From positions 1 to 52,688 of IMG/VR virus record IMGVR_UViG_3300042892_001926: a stretch of 52,688 bases of DNA, one strand, 5' to 3'. The notes under the pieces were generated by a model. It did not search any database. It was not told where the DNA came from and saw only the letters and a list, made by a program, of their open reading frames with translations. This stretch comes from a virus (Duplodnaviria; Caudoviricetes). Below are positions 43,484 through 52,688 of this stretch, in pieces; within the stretch, counting starts at the first letter, position 1; each line of letters opens with the position of its first letter. Both the position numbers and the translations under genes were made by a program.

Positions 43484-46400
43484 TTAGTCTACTTGGACAT
43501 TGCCAGAAATCATCCAAGACTCAATGCCGATCTTTAGCAGGGTAGCAACACCGTATGGTGCTAGGTCGAAATAACTATAGAACCCATCACCAGCCAACAT
43601 TACTTCAATACTACCGCCTTCTTTACTGATGTTGATAGTATTGCTGCCTCTGTTAACAATGGTAATCACAGTGCCTATAGGAAACGGAACACGAGCGTTG
43701 TAAGGGATTACAATATCGTCATCGGATCTGTCGCATAGGATGTGATGTCCGCGGTCTTTCATACTCAATGTATAACGGTGTCCAGTGTAAATGCGTTGCG
43801 GGATATCTGTAGCACTGGTGCTCTGCTTTGATCCATCGGCAAACACGATACTGCCACCATCTGTATCACGAACGGGTTCAACAGTCAACCCTGGGTAGTA
43901 ACTGTCGACATAGAAATCACCTGTGCCCACTGTGACAGTGGTTCCAGTGTTAATGTAGGGATGATTGCTGTCGGCCAACGGACCGGCATAGTTGTTTTCG
44001 GATTCTAGATCAAGTTCCCCAACAGTAAAGTTTTCGTCTTCAATACCAGTGTCCATCCAGTTACTGGTTTCGTTATTGACATCAACATAACTGAATGAAC
44101 CATGTTCGCCTGTGCCCGAACCGTCTAGAGGTAGTCTAACTGCTAATCCTGATTCATAGTTGTCAGTGTCAAAATACGCACCAATATAGAAACTGTGAGC
44201 ATCTGTAGTCAATCCACGAGGTGTAGCAAGGTAAGTGTCGTCACCGGTAGTGGCCGTTAACCAACGCTTGTAAACAACTTCGCCATTTGGGCTGAATCTG
44301 ATTATTTTAATACCATCATCGTCAGCGAAATTGTAGTAGTCTTCGGCGATTACTATTAGATCACCGTCGGCTGTGCGAGCAATACAGTTGTCATCATCGC
44401 TTGCGGTTATACGCTGCCATTTGATATTACCACTGGCGTCTAGTTTAGTAACTACTGTGTCGCCGTCGTCAGTACTAAAGTGTGCGACATAGATGTCTGT
44501 ACCGATGGTTACTACACTTCTAGCATAGCAATCGTCGTTGGTTTCGTTGAGTTGACGAGTCCACAGTAGCGTACCTTCGCTGTTAAACTTATAGACTACA
44601 GCAAGATCTCGGATAGTAGTAGTACTGGTCGATACGGTTCCAGCAGCCATACCCACGGCAATGATGTTGTTGCCGGTATCTAATGCTACAGAACCGATTC
44701 TATCTGAGTAGTCGACCACTGTACCAAAAGTACGCTGCCATGAAGGAGTAATCAACACAGATTCTTCGCTCAATGGATAGGTAATACTCCAGGTACCTGT
44801 GCCAGCAAAATCAACCTGTGTAGTTGTTTGAAACTTCCAAGTTGTTGATTGGCTGGTACCCGAGAATTCGTTAACAGATCCAACTGTACCACCTGACGCA
44901 TATACTCTCACCGTTAGATCGTTAGCAGGCGTTGTTCCGCCTAGGCTTGTTCCTGCGATAACAATGATATCATTTTCTACATAGTTAGAACCTTGGTTAG
45001 TGATATTGTAGTAGTTGTGGTCAGTGTAAAGGTTACTGTATCTTGAACTTTCAAATGTAAGTTCAAATCCAGAACCTACATTGTAGTTAGTACCTGTTAC
45101 CGCAGTAGCAGTAGCACCAAAAGTTCCTGCGGCTGTTCCGCTGTTAGTTACAAGAGTAATAACACCCGCATCCGCAGTAGCCACTGTGAGGATGATGTCG
45201 TTGTCTGGTGTTGCTCCAGTACCGTAAGTACCATCGCTCACAGTAATACTGTCAAGGTTAGTACCGCTAGTTCCAAAGAAAGTAAGATCACCAACCTCAT
45301 ACAGTGTGCTGCCTTCAAATTCTCCAGCAGTGGCAACCACATTAGTTGATGTAGTCATACCACCGACCGTAAGTGTAAGCGTTGTTCCTGTGGTTATTAA
45401 TGATGTAATACTTGTAAGTGTGGAGTTAACGCCTACATACCAAGGAGCAAAAATACCGCCGGTACCAGCAAAAGCCACCTGTCCAACTGTGTACTCAGCA
45501 CCCGCAGTAAATGTACTAGTATTCTCAGCACCAGTTAAACTTGTACCTAAAATCTTGATCTTGTGTCCTGGTAGATAGTTAGTACCGCCATTAACAACAC
45601 TAGCACTATAAGTTCCATTGCCGTTGTTAATGATGTCAAATGTGGCACCACTACCTTCTTGTGTAGTACCAGTTAGACCTGTGTAGCGTTCAATGTTAGC
45701 AATACTTTCAAATACGCTAAATCCTGTACCGCCAATCTGCCAACTGGTACTTGGCTCACCATCAACGGCATTTCTCAATACAAGGATTGTACCTGTGGTA
45801 CTGCCAGATTGTGGAACTACCTCAAGTTCATCGGCAAACTCACCTTGTTTTTCTCCTGCCAACACATAAGTTCCAGTACTGGTCCAAGCCATGTCATGTA
45901 GCGTAACATCAGCGGTAGAGTCGCTAAACTTTTCGTGATCTAAAATACGACCAGTGTCCTGATCCATAGTGACTAAAATACTATAGTCGTATTCGCCATA
46001 CATTTCAGCCAAGACCATGATATTACCGGTGGTAGGATGTACGCTAACGGCCCAAGCCCATCCATCGTCACCGCTATCTTCTTCAATGGTAACACCCCAC
46101 AGTCTGTCACCTTCTGGCGAAATCTTCATTACAAATGGTTGATCTTGATCACTGTCTTGACCAGCAAGATACAGGTTACCAAACGAGTCCACTGCGGTAG
46201 CACGAGCCATGATGTCGTCGTCATCGTTGTAGGTCTTGCCCACAGCCATGAAGTAGCCTACCTGCGACTGTGTTAACTTAATGTCGCCGTCGTTGGGCAC
46301 AGTCAATGTGCCATCAGCACCAAACTTATACTGATAAGACTCGCTGTTGACAATACGGTTAGACACACGAGCGTCGGTGTCTGCTGTTAGTTCAGCGTCT

Positions 46401-47962
46401 TCTGCTAGAATTGTTTCAGAGTAGTCGGCAATGACCAAAGGACTGTTAGATGCTTCGTGTGTAACAAAGCGTCCAGGAATACGGCTTTCGGTAAATGATA
46501 GATCACCTATGGTCAGTTCTGTTCCATCGGTGGGCAACTGTACTACAAAATAATCTGCTTCTCGATCTGCTGAACCGCCATAGGCTGTTGGACCACTATT
46601 TGTACTACGGCCATAACCGCTGACCGCAAACTTGTCACCAAATACTGCCACAGCCCGGCCATCGCCATTGGCAACTCCGTCAAAGTCCTCTTCGTCTATC
46701 TCCTCTTCGTCTATCTGTGCTACATCAACATAGCGTTGCCAAACAACAGCACCTTGGGTGTTATATCGGACCACAACCATTTTTCTGCTGCCATAGGCTT
46801 CTTGTTCAAGTTCACTTTCTTGAGCAAGGTTTCCGGTAGCATTAACAACAAATGTCACAGAAGATAGATAAACATCGCCTGTGGCGGTGGCTGTTAGGCC
46901 TGCAACAATATTGTTGCAGGGTCCTGAAATCCTACGAGTCCACTGTACAACACCGCTGGAGTTTAGTTTTACTAGCACAGCCGCAGATCGATCGGTAGTT
47001 CCGCTGACACTATTGACCGTATCAACTAGGTATGTACCCACAGCGTAGACATTGCCCAATGCGTCACTGGCACAGTCACCGCCCGCCATATCATAACTAT
47101 TATCAGTTTCTAGGCTCTTTGACCATACGCGATCTAGATCTTCATCTAGTTTTTCAATGAACATCTTGTTCTTGCCGTCATTAACATCATCATAATAATA
47201 ACCAGTGACATAGACATTTTGATCACCGTCAACATCAATGCCTGTAACTGCTACTACCTGATCCTCTTCAGCAAGTGCCAGTTGTTTCTTGATTTGAACT
47301 GATCCATCTGTGCTACTGATCTCCATTACCAAAGCAAGATTTGGTGCTGGGATTTCTCCAGTTGATCCTGTAATCGCCAAGGCCATTGTACTAGAACTCT
47401 TTTCTTCCAAGTAGGCATCGTATGACCCGACTGGACCAATGTCGTAGTTTTTTTGCCACTGTATAGCACCTGCGGTGCTGAACTTGACCACTGCAACTAC
47501 CGGTGCTTCTGCTCTTCCTAGAGTAATATAAGCACTGTCACTGCTGTCTACGGCTAGTGCTGTTGGATAAACATCAGTAAAGGACTTTTGCCAAGCAACT
47601 GCACCAGTGGCTGTGTATTTGGTAATGACTGCAACTGTAGTTCCTAGACCAGTCTCTGATTTAGTCAACGCATATAGATTGCCCTGGCTGTCATAACGCT
47701 GACCGCGTGGTTCAGTGTTATAATCTTCTCTACGCTGTGTAGCAATCCAATGCTCTGTGCTACCTGCTGTGATTACAACATTGCCTTGGTCGTCCAGGGT
47801 ATCACTACCAGCATGTGGTAACAGTGCCCAGGCTGAGACGCCGTCACCGTACTTGATCTTGCCAGTATCTGATTCTAGTCCTGGTTCGCCAGCGGCCAAG
47901 ATTGGATTTTCTGTTGTCCAGTTAGCCGCTGTATCTCTGCGTAGTTTGATTCTTGTTGTCAT
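43484..47962 (-). CDS. Large tail fibre/spike with beta-propeller repeats
   Basis: RIKLRRDTAANW...GEPGLESDT.KIKYGDG N-terminal fibre domain; many DS.GN.Y / G..QW propeller blades; C-terminal IP......FPIGT.ITI domain. Confidence 0.85.
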   Translation of the reverse strand: MTTRIKLRRDTAANWTTENPILAAGEPGLESDTGKIKYGDGVSAWALLPHAGSDTLDDQGNVVITAGSTEHWIATQRREDYNTEPRGQRYDSQGNLYALTKSETGLGTTVAVITKYTATGAVAWQKSFTDVYPTALAVDSSDSAYITLGRAEAPVVAVVKFSTAGAIQWQKNYDIGPVGSYDAYLEEKSSSTMALAITGSTGEIPAPNLALVMEISSTDGSVQIKKQLALAEEDQVVAVTGIDVDGDQNVYVTGYYYDDVNDGKNKMFIEKLDEDLDRVWSKSLETDNSYDMAGGDCASDALGNVYAVGTYLVDTVNSVSGTTDRSAAVLVKLNSSGVVQWTRRISGPCNNIVAGLTATATGDVYLSSVTFVVNATGNLAQESELEQEAYGSRKMVVVRYNTQGAVVWQRYVDVAQIDEEEIDEEDFDGVANGDGRAVAVFGDKFAVSGYGRSTNSGPTAYGGSADREADYFVVQLPTDGTELTIGDLSFTESRIPGRFVTHEASNSPLVIADYSETILAEDAELTADTDARVSNRIVNSESYQYKFGADGTLTVPNDGDIKLTQSQVGYFMAVGKTYNDDDDIMARATAVDSFGNLYLAGQDSDQDQPFVMKISPEGDRLWGVTIEEDSGDDGWAWAVSVHPTTGNIMVLAEMYGEYDYSILVTMDQDTGRILDHEKFSDSTADVTLHDMAWTSTGTYVLAGEKQGEFADELEVVPQSGSTTGTILVLRNAVDGEPSTSWQIGGTGFSVFESIANIERYTGLTGTTQEGSGATFDIINNGNGTYSASVVNGGTNYLPGHKIKILGTSLTGAENTSTFTAGAEYTVGQVAFAGTGGIFAPWYVGVNSTLTSITSLITTGTTLTLTVGGMTTSTNVVATAGEFEGSTLYEVGDLTFFGTSGTNLDSITVSDGTYGTGATPDNDIILTVATADAGVITLVTNSGTAAGTFGATATAVTGTNYNVGSGFELTFESSRYSNLYTDHNYYNITNQGSNYVENDIIVIAGTSLGGTTPANDLTVRVYASGGTVGSVNEFSGTSQSTTWKFQTTTQVDFAGTGTWSITYPLSEESVLITPSWQRTFGTVVDYSDRIGSVALDTGNNIIAVGMAAGTVSTSTTTIRDLAVVYKFNSEGTLLWTRQLNETNDDCYARSVVTIGTDIYVAHFSTDDGDTVVTKLDASGNIKWQRITASDDDNCIARTADGDLIVIAEDYYNFADDDGIKIIRFSPNGEVVYKRWLTATTGDDTYLATPRGLTTDAHSFYIGAYFDTDNYESGLAVRLPLDGSGTGEHGSFSYVDVNNETSNWMDTGIEDENFTVGELDLESENNYAGPLADSNHPYINTGTTVTVGTGDFYVDSYYPGLTVEPVRDTDGGSIVFADGSKQSTSATDIPQRIYTGHRYTLSMKDRGHHILCDRSDDDIVIPYNARVPFPIGTVITIVNRGSNTINISKEGGSIEVMLAGDGFYSYFDLAPYGVATLLKIGIESWMISGNVQVD

Positions 47963-47963
47963 T

Positions 47964-48170
47964 TTATGCTCCGCCTCCACCAATGGTGTTATCTGTTAGT
48001 TCGTTGTAGACTGTAGTAGAGGAACCGCCCTCTGCTACTGAATATGCTTGTCCGTGTATCACGAGATGTGATGTGCTCCATCTGTTCCCAAGCCAGACAT
48101 AAACTGCTGCGTTATTGGGAATGTATTCCTGCCCCAGTGTGGGGTTTGTGGGAAATGTTATTACTGTCAT
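47964..48170 (-). CDS. Small virion protein (FP..P..GQ.Y motif)
   Basis: 68 aa; TAAATA 5 nt upstream. Confidence 0.7.
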   Translation of the reverse strand: MTVITFPTNPTLGQEYIPNNAAVYVWLGNRWSTSHLVIHGQAYSVAEGGSSTTVYNELTDNTIGGGGA

Positions 48171-48255
48171 ATCTGTATTTACCCTCTCAATGTAATACCG
48201 TTGCTGATAGTCTGTGCTGATCTAATAATTATTGACATACTTTTATTTTACCGTT

Positions 48256-51200
48256 TTAAGTAACAGGAGTTGTTCCATACAGAGGCCACCAAGATGTAAC
48301 ACCGGCACCAACAAGATAAATTAATTCTGCTGTTCCCTCAGGAGCAACAGTTACCGCAACGTCAATGGCTCCATCTACAGTTAATGTACAAAGACTGGAA
48401 TTACTGACAATAACTAATCGTTGTCCCGCAGTCCCGGCAGGCAATAAAACAGTATGACCATCACTGCCACTATAACCAACAGCCGCTGTACAGAACAGTA
48501 AGTTGAATGTAACATTAGTAATCGTTAGCGTAGTATTAACACCATCAAACTCGTAGGTTTCTTGTCCTGTAACTACTGTTAACACTGAAGTACCAGAACT
48601 ATTTTTAATGTCTCCACCATCAGGCAGTGTTAAACTACCATCTCCAGCGAAGGTCCACAACTGTGAAGTAGCACTGGTATCAACATTTGGTACTTTTATG
48701 TATATTTGATCATCTGCGGCCACTTTGACATACTTGTCATCGTTGCCCAGGAATATGCTGGTCTGTGCCATATTCTCACTGATCAAGTGTATGTGCCCGC
48801 TTTCACTGCCTTCGGTTGTACTGTCTGCTATATTAACACGCAGGTAATTGGATCCAGAGCCTGGAGCATAAGTCCCGTTAGTAATGATAGTAACAGTAAA
48901 TGTTTCTTCACCTTCAACAATAGCATCGTCGGCTATCATTATCATGTTGGTATTGGTATAGATACCACCATCTTGTATCCAGTTAGCGGCCAAGAAGGTG
49001 CCTGTTAGCACAGCAGGTGTAAAGTCTGCGGCTGTAATACCTGTACCAGTGATTACATAGTCTACATCTCCCTGCAGATATTGGAGACCACCGTAGTCCA
49101 ACAATGTTATAGCAATAACAGTTCCTTCTGTGCCAGTGCTAACTGAATCATTAGGATATGTCACTGGATCAAGTTCATATAAGTATTGCTGATAACCTTG
49201 ATCGGTAGGGTAATCAGCAGTCATATACGAATTATATGTTGAACGCAGTACCAAACTGGTCGACTGTGCTGGACTGTTTGGAGTCAATACCAATGTACTT
49301 GTTGTATCTACAATGGTAGCACCGTTTGGTAATTCTAATTCACCATCTGGGCCAAAGAGCCATTGATTACCAGTTACTGATACTACAATGCCTCCGTCAC
49401 TAGAGATGTTGAAACCTTGTGCCGCTTGTATTTGGCAGTTATTACCGCCAAACAGTATTGGAGCACCATCTGGTAGTGTTAAACTACCATCTGTGCCAAA
49501 TACCCAGGTACTGGTTGTAAAAGTTTCATCATAAGTTCCAATAACTACTGTGCCACTGTGATCTACTTTAACATATTGCGTGTCATTGCCTAGATATAGA
49601 TCAGTTGTGCCGCCGCCTGCTGTCAAGTGTACATGATCGCCATCCTGTTGTGTGGGATAAATCAACAATGCTTGAGTAGAACCAGATCCTGCAGGGTCAA
49701 GTCTAATGGCTCCCATGCCGTTGGAAATAATACCGCCCTCTGGTAAAGTCAACATACCAAGTGGACCAAATGTCCAATCGTCGTTGTCAGCACGGACTAC
49801 AATTACTTTTGGCTCATTACCAGGATCATTAGTTGAAAATATTTTAGTATCAAAGTTATTACTACCAATTTCCCAATTGCCGTCACCGTTGATATCTAAA
49901 TGAGCATTGTCAACATCAACCGCAAAGTCATAGGTTAGATCTAATGTGCTGACATAGTCAGTAGTAGGATCTGTATATTCAATGTGATTGCTAACACTAA
50001 CGCCGCTACCAGTGACTTCAGCACCGTTGATCAACAATGTACCAGTGTTGCTGATAGTCAATGTATTGTCGTTGATGTTTAGTGTATCACCGTCTATGGC
50101 AATGTTGCCCAAGTATGTGTCCGGCGTTGGAACTACTGCGGGACTAGTATCAACCCATTGTCCATTGTAGGCAATGTAGGTACGGCCGTCTAAGGTGTTG
50201 TACCATTGTGTGCCTGTGGTTGTTACGGGTGCGGTGTCTGATACTGTTACTGTACCAATATTCACAGCACCTTGTATGGTTAGGTTACCCGAGGTGTTGA
50301 CTGTGATAATAGGATTGCCATCAACTGTGACATAGTTGTCTCGGTTAACTCCCAGTGCTACACCACCGATAAAGATTGTGCCTGTGCCTACATAGATACT
50401 GCGCCATTGACTTGATGTAGATCCTAGGTCATAGGTTAGGTCAGTGTCGGGTAGTATATGTCCAGGAGCAGTTAATGTACCATCTACACCAAATTCCCAA
50501 GTGTGTTCAGAGAGTGTTGTTGCTGTTGTTGCTGTATTAACAAAGCCTGTTACTATTTGAACAGTACCAGTGTTTGACGCAATTGGACTGTTAACTATCA
50601 CTGCCGCAACTAGTGTTTGTGTGCTAGTTGAACCTATATTTTCAATGTTGTCTACCCATTGTATGCCAACTCCACCATTCTGACCTTGAGCAACAACTCC
50701 CACAATGGTACCAGTGCTTCCTACGATAGAATCACTACCAAATGTGTTACCAATACTTAAATTGCCGCTTGGGAATGTCAGTGTACCATCTTGCCCAAAT
50801 GTCCATAAACTTTGTGCAGATAAAATATCAATATCATCCGCACTCTGTATTCTAGCATTGCCATTGCTGGCCTGCGGAAGATTTAACTGTCCGGTGTTGG
50901 CAAACGACCAAGAGTAAGGTAATATGCTAGTGACCTCTACTGTGGCTGTGGTATTGCCTTGTATGCTGGCTGGAATTGTAATTACATCACCAACTGTGAA
51001 TATTTCTGTAGATTGTATTTCAAAGTTACCGCTAACTAACGGTCCAGTCCCTGATGGAATGAACACCAAGGTATTAGGATAATCGGTTGCATAAGTAGAG
51101 TTGCCAAGATAGTTTGTGCCGCTGTTGGTCACAGTTACACAAGTGTGATTGATATTTCCTGTTGTGTTTGCCGGAACAGATATCACACCGGCTGAACCAT

Positions 51201-52688
51201 TAATTGGTAATGTTAATATACCATCTGTACTAAATGTCCAAATTGACCCAAACTTAGCAGTCTGAATGGCAAATGCGTTCATTGCTTGGAATGTAGCAGT
51301 ATTGCCTAGAACTGTGCTTATTCTACTGGCATCTGGGAACTGTAAGTATCCTGCATCTGAAAATACCAGTTCGCTGGATCCGCTGATCAGTCTATCTTTG
51401 TTTCCTTCTAATGTATTGGTTCTTCCAGCAAGTTCATCTAGACCTTGACTAAACGTAGATACTGTTGGACTACCGACCCAGTCTGGTGTGTTTTCTGGAG
51501 TATAACTTTCACTGTTACCAGTATAAGCAGTTGTTTGAACCGAGGCATCAGGGAATGTAATGGTGCCGTTGGTGTTAAATGTCCAGGATTCCTCAAATCC
51601 TGTGCCATAATTTGTTCTCAGTCTAAAACCTCCACCGACATCCAGAGCAGAGTCTGCTGTTGGATTTAGATTTAATACAGACTCTCTGTTACCGCCATTT
51701 TGGTAAGTTTGGAGAGTCATTGTATTACCCGGCGGCAAACTTGCCGTATCGGCTGCAAATGTAAAGTTACCAGTATTAGCGTTACTGCCCGGGTCTCCTT
51801 GTGGTCCTGGTACACCTTGTACGCCTTGTGGTCCTTCTGGACCAGGATCACCTTGTACGCCTTGTACGCCTTGTGGTCCTTCTGGACCCTGAGGTCCTTC
51901 TGGTCCTTGTAGACCAGGATCGCCTTGTGGTCCAGGATCGCCTTGTACGCCTTGTGGTCCAGGATCGCCTTGTGGACCTACAATAGGTCCAATATTTTCC
52001 CATAGTTGTGTTCCAGTGTTCCAGAAGTATACATCGCCATCTGTGGTATTGATCCAACCTTGTCCTGCTGTACCTAAACCTACTGTAGAAGTTGTAACAG
52101 TATCTGTACTACCAACTAAAACTAAACTAACGCCCTGAGCACCAGTATCGCCTTTGGTACCAGTAGGACCAGTAGGACCCACTCTACCAAATAACACAAC
52201 TCTCCAATCTGAATAAGTTCCACTACCAACAGTGTAATTACTGTTAATAGTCATACTTGTTCCAGTGTATGAAGTTATAATACCACCTATTGCAAAAGAG
52301 TTATTAGGACTACCAATTGCTACTAGACCTATAATAGTTCCTGGAACATATCCGCTTTGTGTAGAACTAATATTAACTGTTAGAGATTTAGTTCCAGTAC
52401 TGATTGTAAATGTATCAGTACTAATTAACGTATCAAATCCAGTACCGCGATTTCCTTGTATCCCTTGAATACCCTGTATCCCTTGAATGCCTTGAATGCC
52501 CTGTGTTCCTGTATTGCCCGTAAGTCCCTGAACGCCTTGTATGCCCTGAATACCTTGAGCGCCATCGGCTCCAGGTGCTCCATCGGCTCCAGGTGCTCCA
52601 TCGGCTCCAGGTGCTCCATCGGCTCCAGGTGCTCCATCGGCTCCAGGTGCTCCATCGGCTCCAGGTGCTCCATCGGCTCCAGGATCTC
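48256..52688 (-). CDS. Long tail fibre with collagen-like repeats (5' end outside window)
   Basis: The frame stays open upstream of 52254 to the window edge (GAPGAD and GIQ collagen repeats). It has repeated W.FG.DG.LTLP modules and a Calx-beta-like [12 protein letters not shown] segment. Confidence 0.85.
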   Translation of the reverse strand, partial: DPGADGAPGADGAPGADGAPGADGAPGADGAPGADGAPGADGAQGIQGIQGVQGLTGNTGTQGIQGIQGIQGIQGIQGNRGTGFDTLISTDTFTISTGTKSLTVNISSTQSGYVPGTIIGLVAIGSPNNSFAIGGIITSYTGTSMTINSNYTVGSGTYSDWRVVLFGRVGPTGPTGTKGDTGAQGVSLVLVGSTDTVTTSTVGLGTAGQGWINTTDGDVYFWNTGTQLWENIGPIVGPQGDPGPQGVQGDPGPQGDPGLQGPEGPQGPEGPQGVQGVQGDPGPEGPQGVQGVPGPQGDPGSNANTGNFTFAADTASLPPGNTMTLQTYQNGGNRESVLNLNPTADSALDVGGGFRLRTNYGTGFEESWTFNTNGTITFPDASVQTTAYTGNSESYTPENTPDWVGSPTVSTFSQGLDELAGRTNTLEGNKDRLISGSSELVFSDAGYLQFPDASRISTVLGNTATFQAMNAFAIQTAKFGSIWTFSTDGILTLPINGSAGVISVPANTTGNINHTCVTVTNSGTNYLGNSTYATDYPNTLVFIPSGTGPLVSGNFEIQSTEIFTVGDVITIPASIQGNTTATVEVTSILPYSWSFANTGQLNLPQASNGNARIQSADDIDILSAQSLWTFGQDGTLTFPSGNLSIGNTFGSDSIVGSTGTIVGVVAQGQNGGVGIQWVDNIENIGSTSTQTLVAAVIVNSPIASNTGTVQIVTGFVNTATTATTLSEHTWEFGVDGTLTAPGHILPDTDLTYDLGSTSSQWRSIYVGTGTIFIGGVALGVNRDNYVTVDGNPIITVNTSGNLTIQGAVNIGTVTVSDTAPVTTTGTQWYNTLDGRTYIAYNGQWVDTSPAVVPTPDTYLGNIAIDGDTLNINDNTLTISNTGTLLINGAEVTGSGVSVSNHIEYTDPTTDYVSTLDLTYDFAVDVDNAHLDINGDGNWEIGSNNFDTKIFSTNDPGNEPKVIVVRADNDDWTFGPLGMLTLPEGGIISNGMGAIRLDPAGSGSTQALLIYPTQQDGDHVHLTAGGGTTDLYLGNDTQYVKVDHSGTVVIGTYDETFTTSTWVFGTDGSLTLPDGAPILFGGNNCQIQAAQGFNISSDGGIVVSVTGNQWLFGPDGELELPNGATIVDTTSTLVLTPNSPAQSTSLVLRSTYNSYMTADYPTDQGYQQYLYELDPVTYPNDSVSTGTEGTVIAITLLDYGGLQYLQGDVDYVITGTGITAADFTPAVLTGTFLAANWIQDGGIYTNTNMIMIADDAIVEGEETFTVTIITNGTYAPGSGSNYLRVNIADSTTEGSESGHIHLISENMAQTSIFLGNDDKYVKVAADDQIYIKVPNVDTSATSQLWTFAGDGSLTLPDGGDIKNSSGTSVLTVVTGQETYEFDGVNTTLTITNVTFNLLFCTAAVGYSGSDGHTVLLPAGTAGQRLVIVSNSSLCTLTVDGAIDVAVTVAPEGTAELIYLVGAGVTSWWPLYGTTPVT
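51790..51975. repeat. Collagen-coding imperfect 9-bp-unit repeat
   Basis: GPQ/GDP/GVQ/GPE codon repeats. Confidence 0.8.
52562..52683. repeat. Perfect 18-bp tandem repeat (about 6.8 copies)
   Basis: CCATCGGCTCCAGGTGCT units encoding GAPGAD. Confidence 0.95.

Noticed and set aside
43484-47962. Diversity-generating retroelement target (Mtd-like N-terminus)
   Set aside because: That N-terminal domain is common in fibres; no reverse transcriptase or TR/VR pair is visible here.
51790-52683. CRISPR-like repeats
   Set aside because: These are contiguous in-frame collagen-coding repeats without spacers.
1-52688. Stop-codon reassignment, and the many short antisense or overlapping ORFs in the track (e.g. 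6151-6483, 30524-30916, 40890-41357, 52425-52673)
   Set aside because: Standard-code genes tile the window and known enzymes are full length; the short ORFs are shadows of real genes, with no RBS or motifs.

Overview
A 52.7 kb segment of a large lytic tailed phage (T4-like or jumbo myovirus style, about 40% GC, standard genetic code, dense coding, mostly on the minus strand). The host is probably a freshwater Betaproteobacterium; this is inferred from the look of PstS, AhpC/AhpD, the desaturases and the DUF3563-like and phasin-like genes. From left to right the window holds: (i) a plus-strand nucleotidyltransferase, cupin and RubisCO-like (form IV) operon; (ii) host-metabolism genes (desaturase, AhpD, SGNH hydrolase, SPFH, AhpC, outer-membrane beta-barrel); (iii) a Pho-box-preceded operon of pstS, a PlcP-like phospholipase and a GT2 glycosyltransferase, resembling phosphate-starvation lipid remodelling; (iv) a circularly permuted two-piece tmRNA (tag ANDSQFALAA); (v) a 13-gene coupled late operon that starts with a tail-adhesin-like gene and continues with a desaturase, an ATP-pyrophosphatase, two GNATs, four HxD..H oxygenases and a radical SAM enzyme, possibly a virion-protein modification pathway; (vi) grx, nrdB, nrdA and an exonuclease; (vii) head-internal and structural genes, SOD, thermonuclease, a small plus-strand island and long tail-fibre genes running off the right end. 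TAAATA late promoters (often giving leaderless mRNAs), sigma70 promoters, terminators and two unexplained structured RNA candidates are also visible. No CRISPR array, tRNA, integrase or reverse transcriptase was seen. Family assignments come from motif recognition by eye, not database searches.
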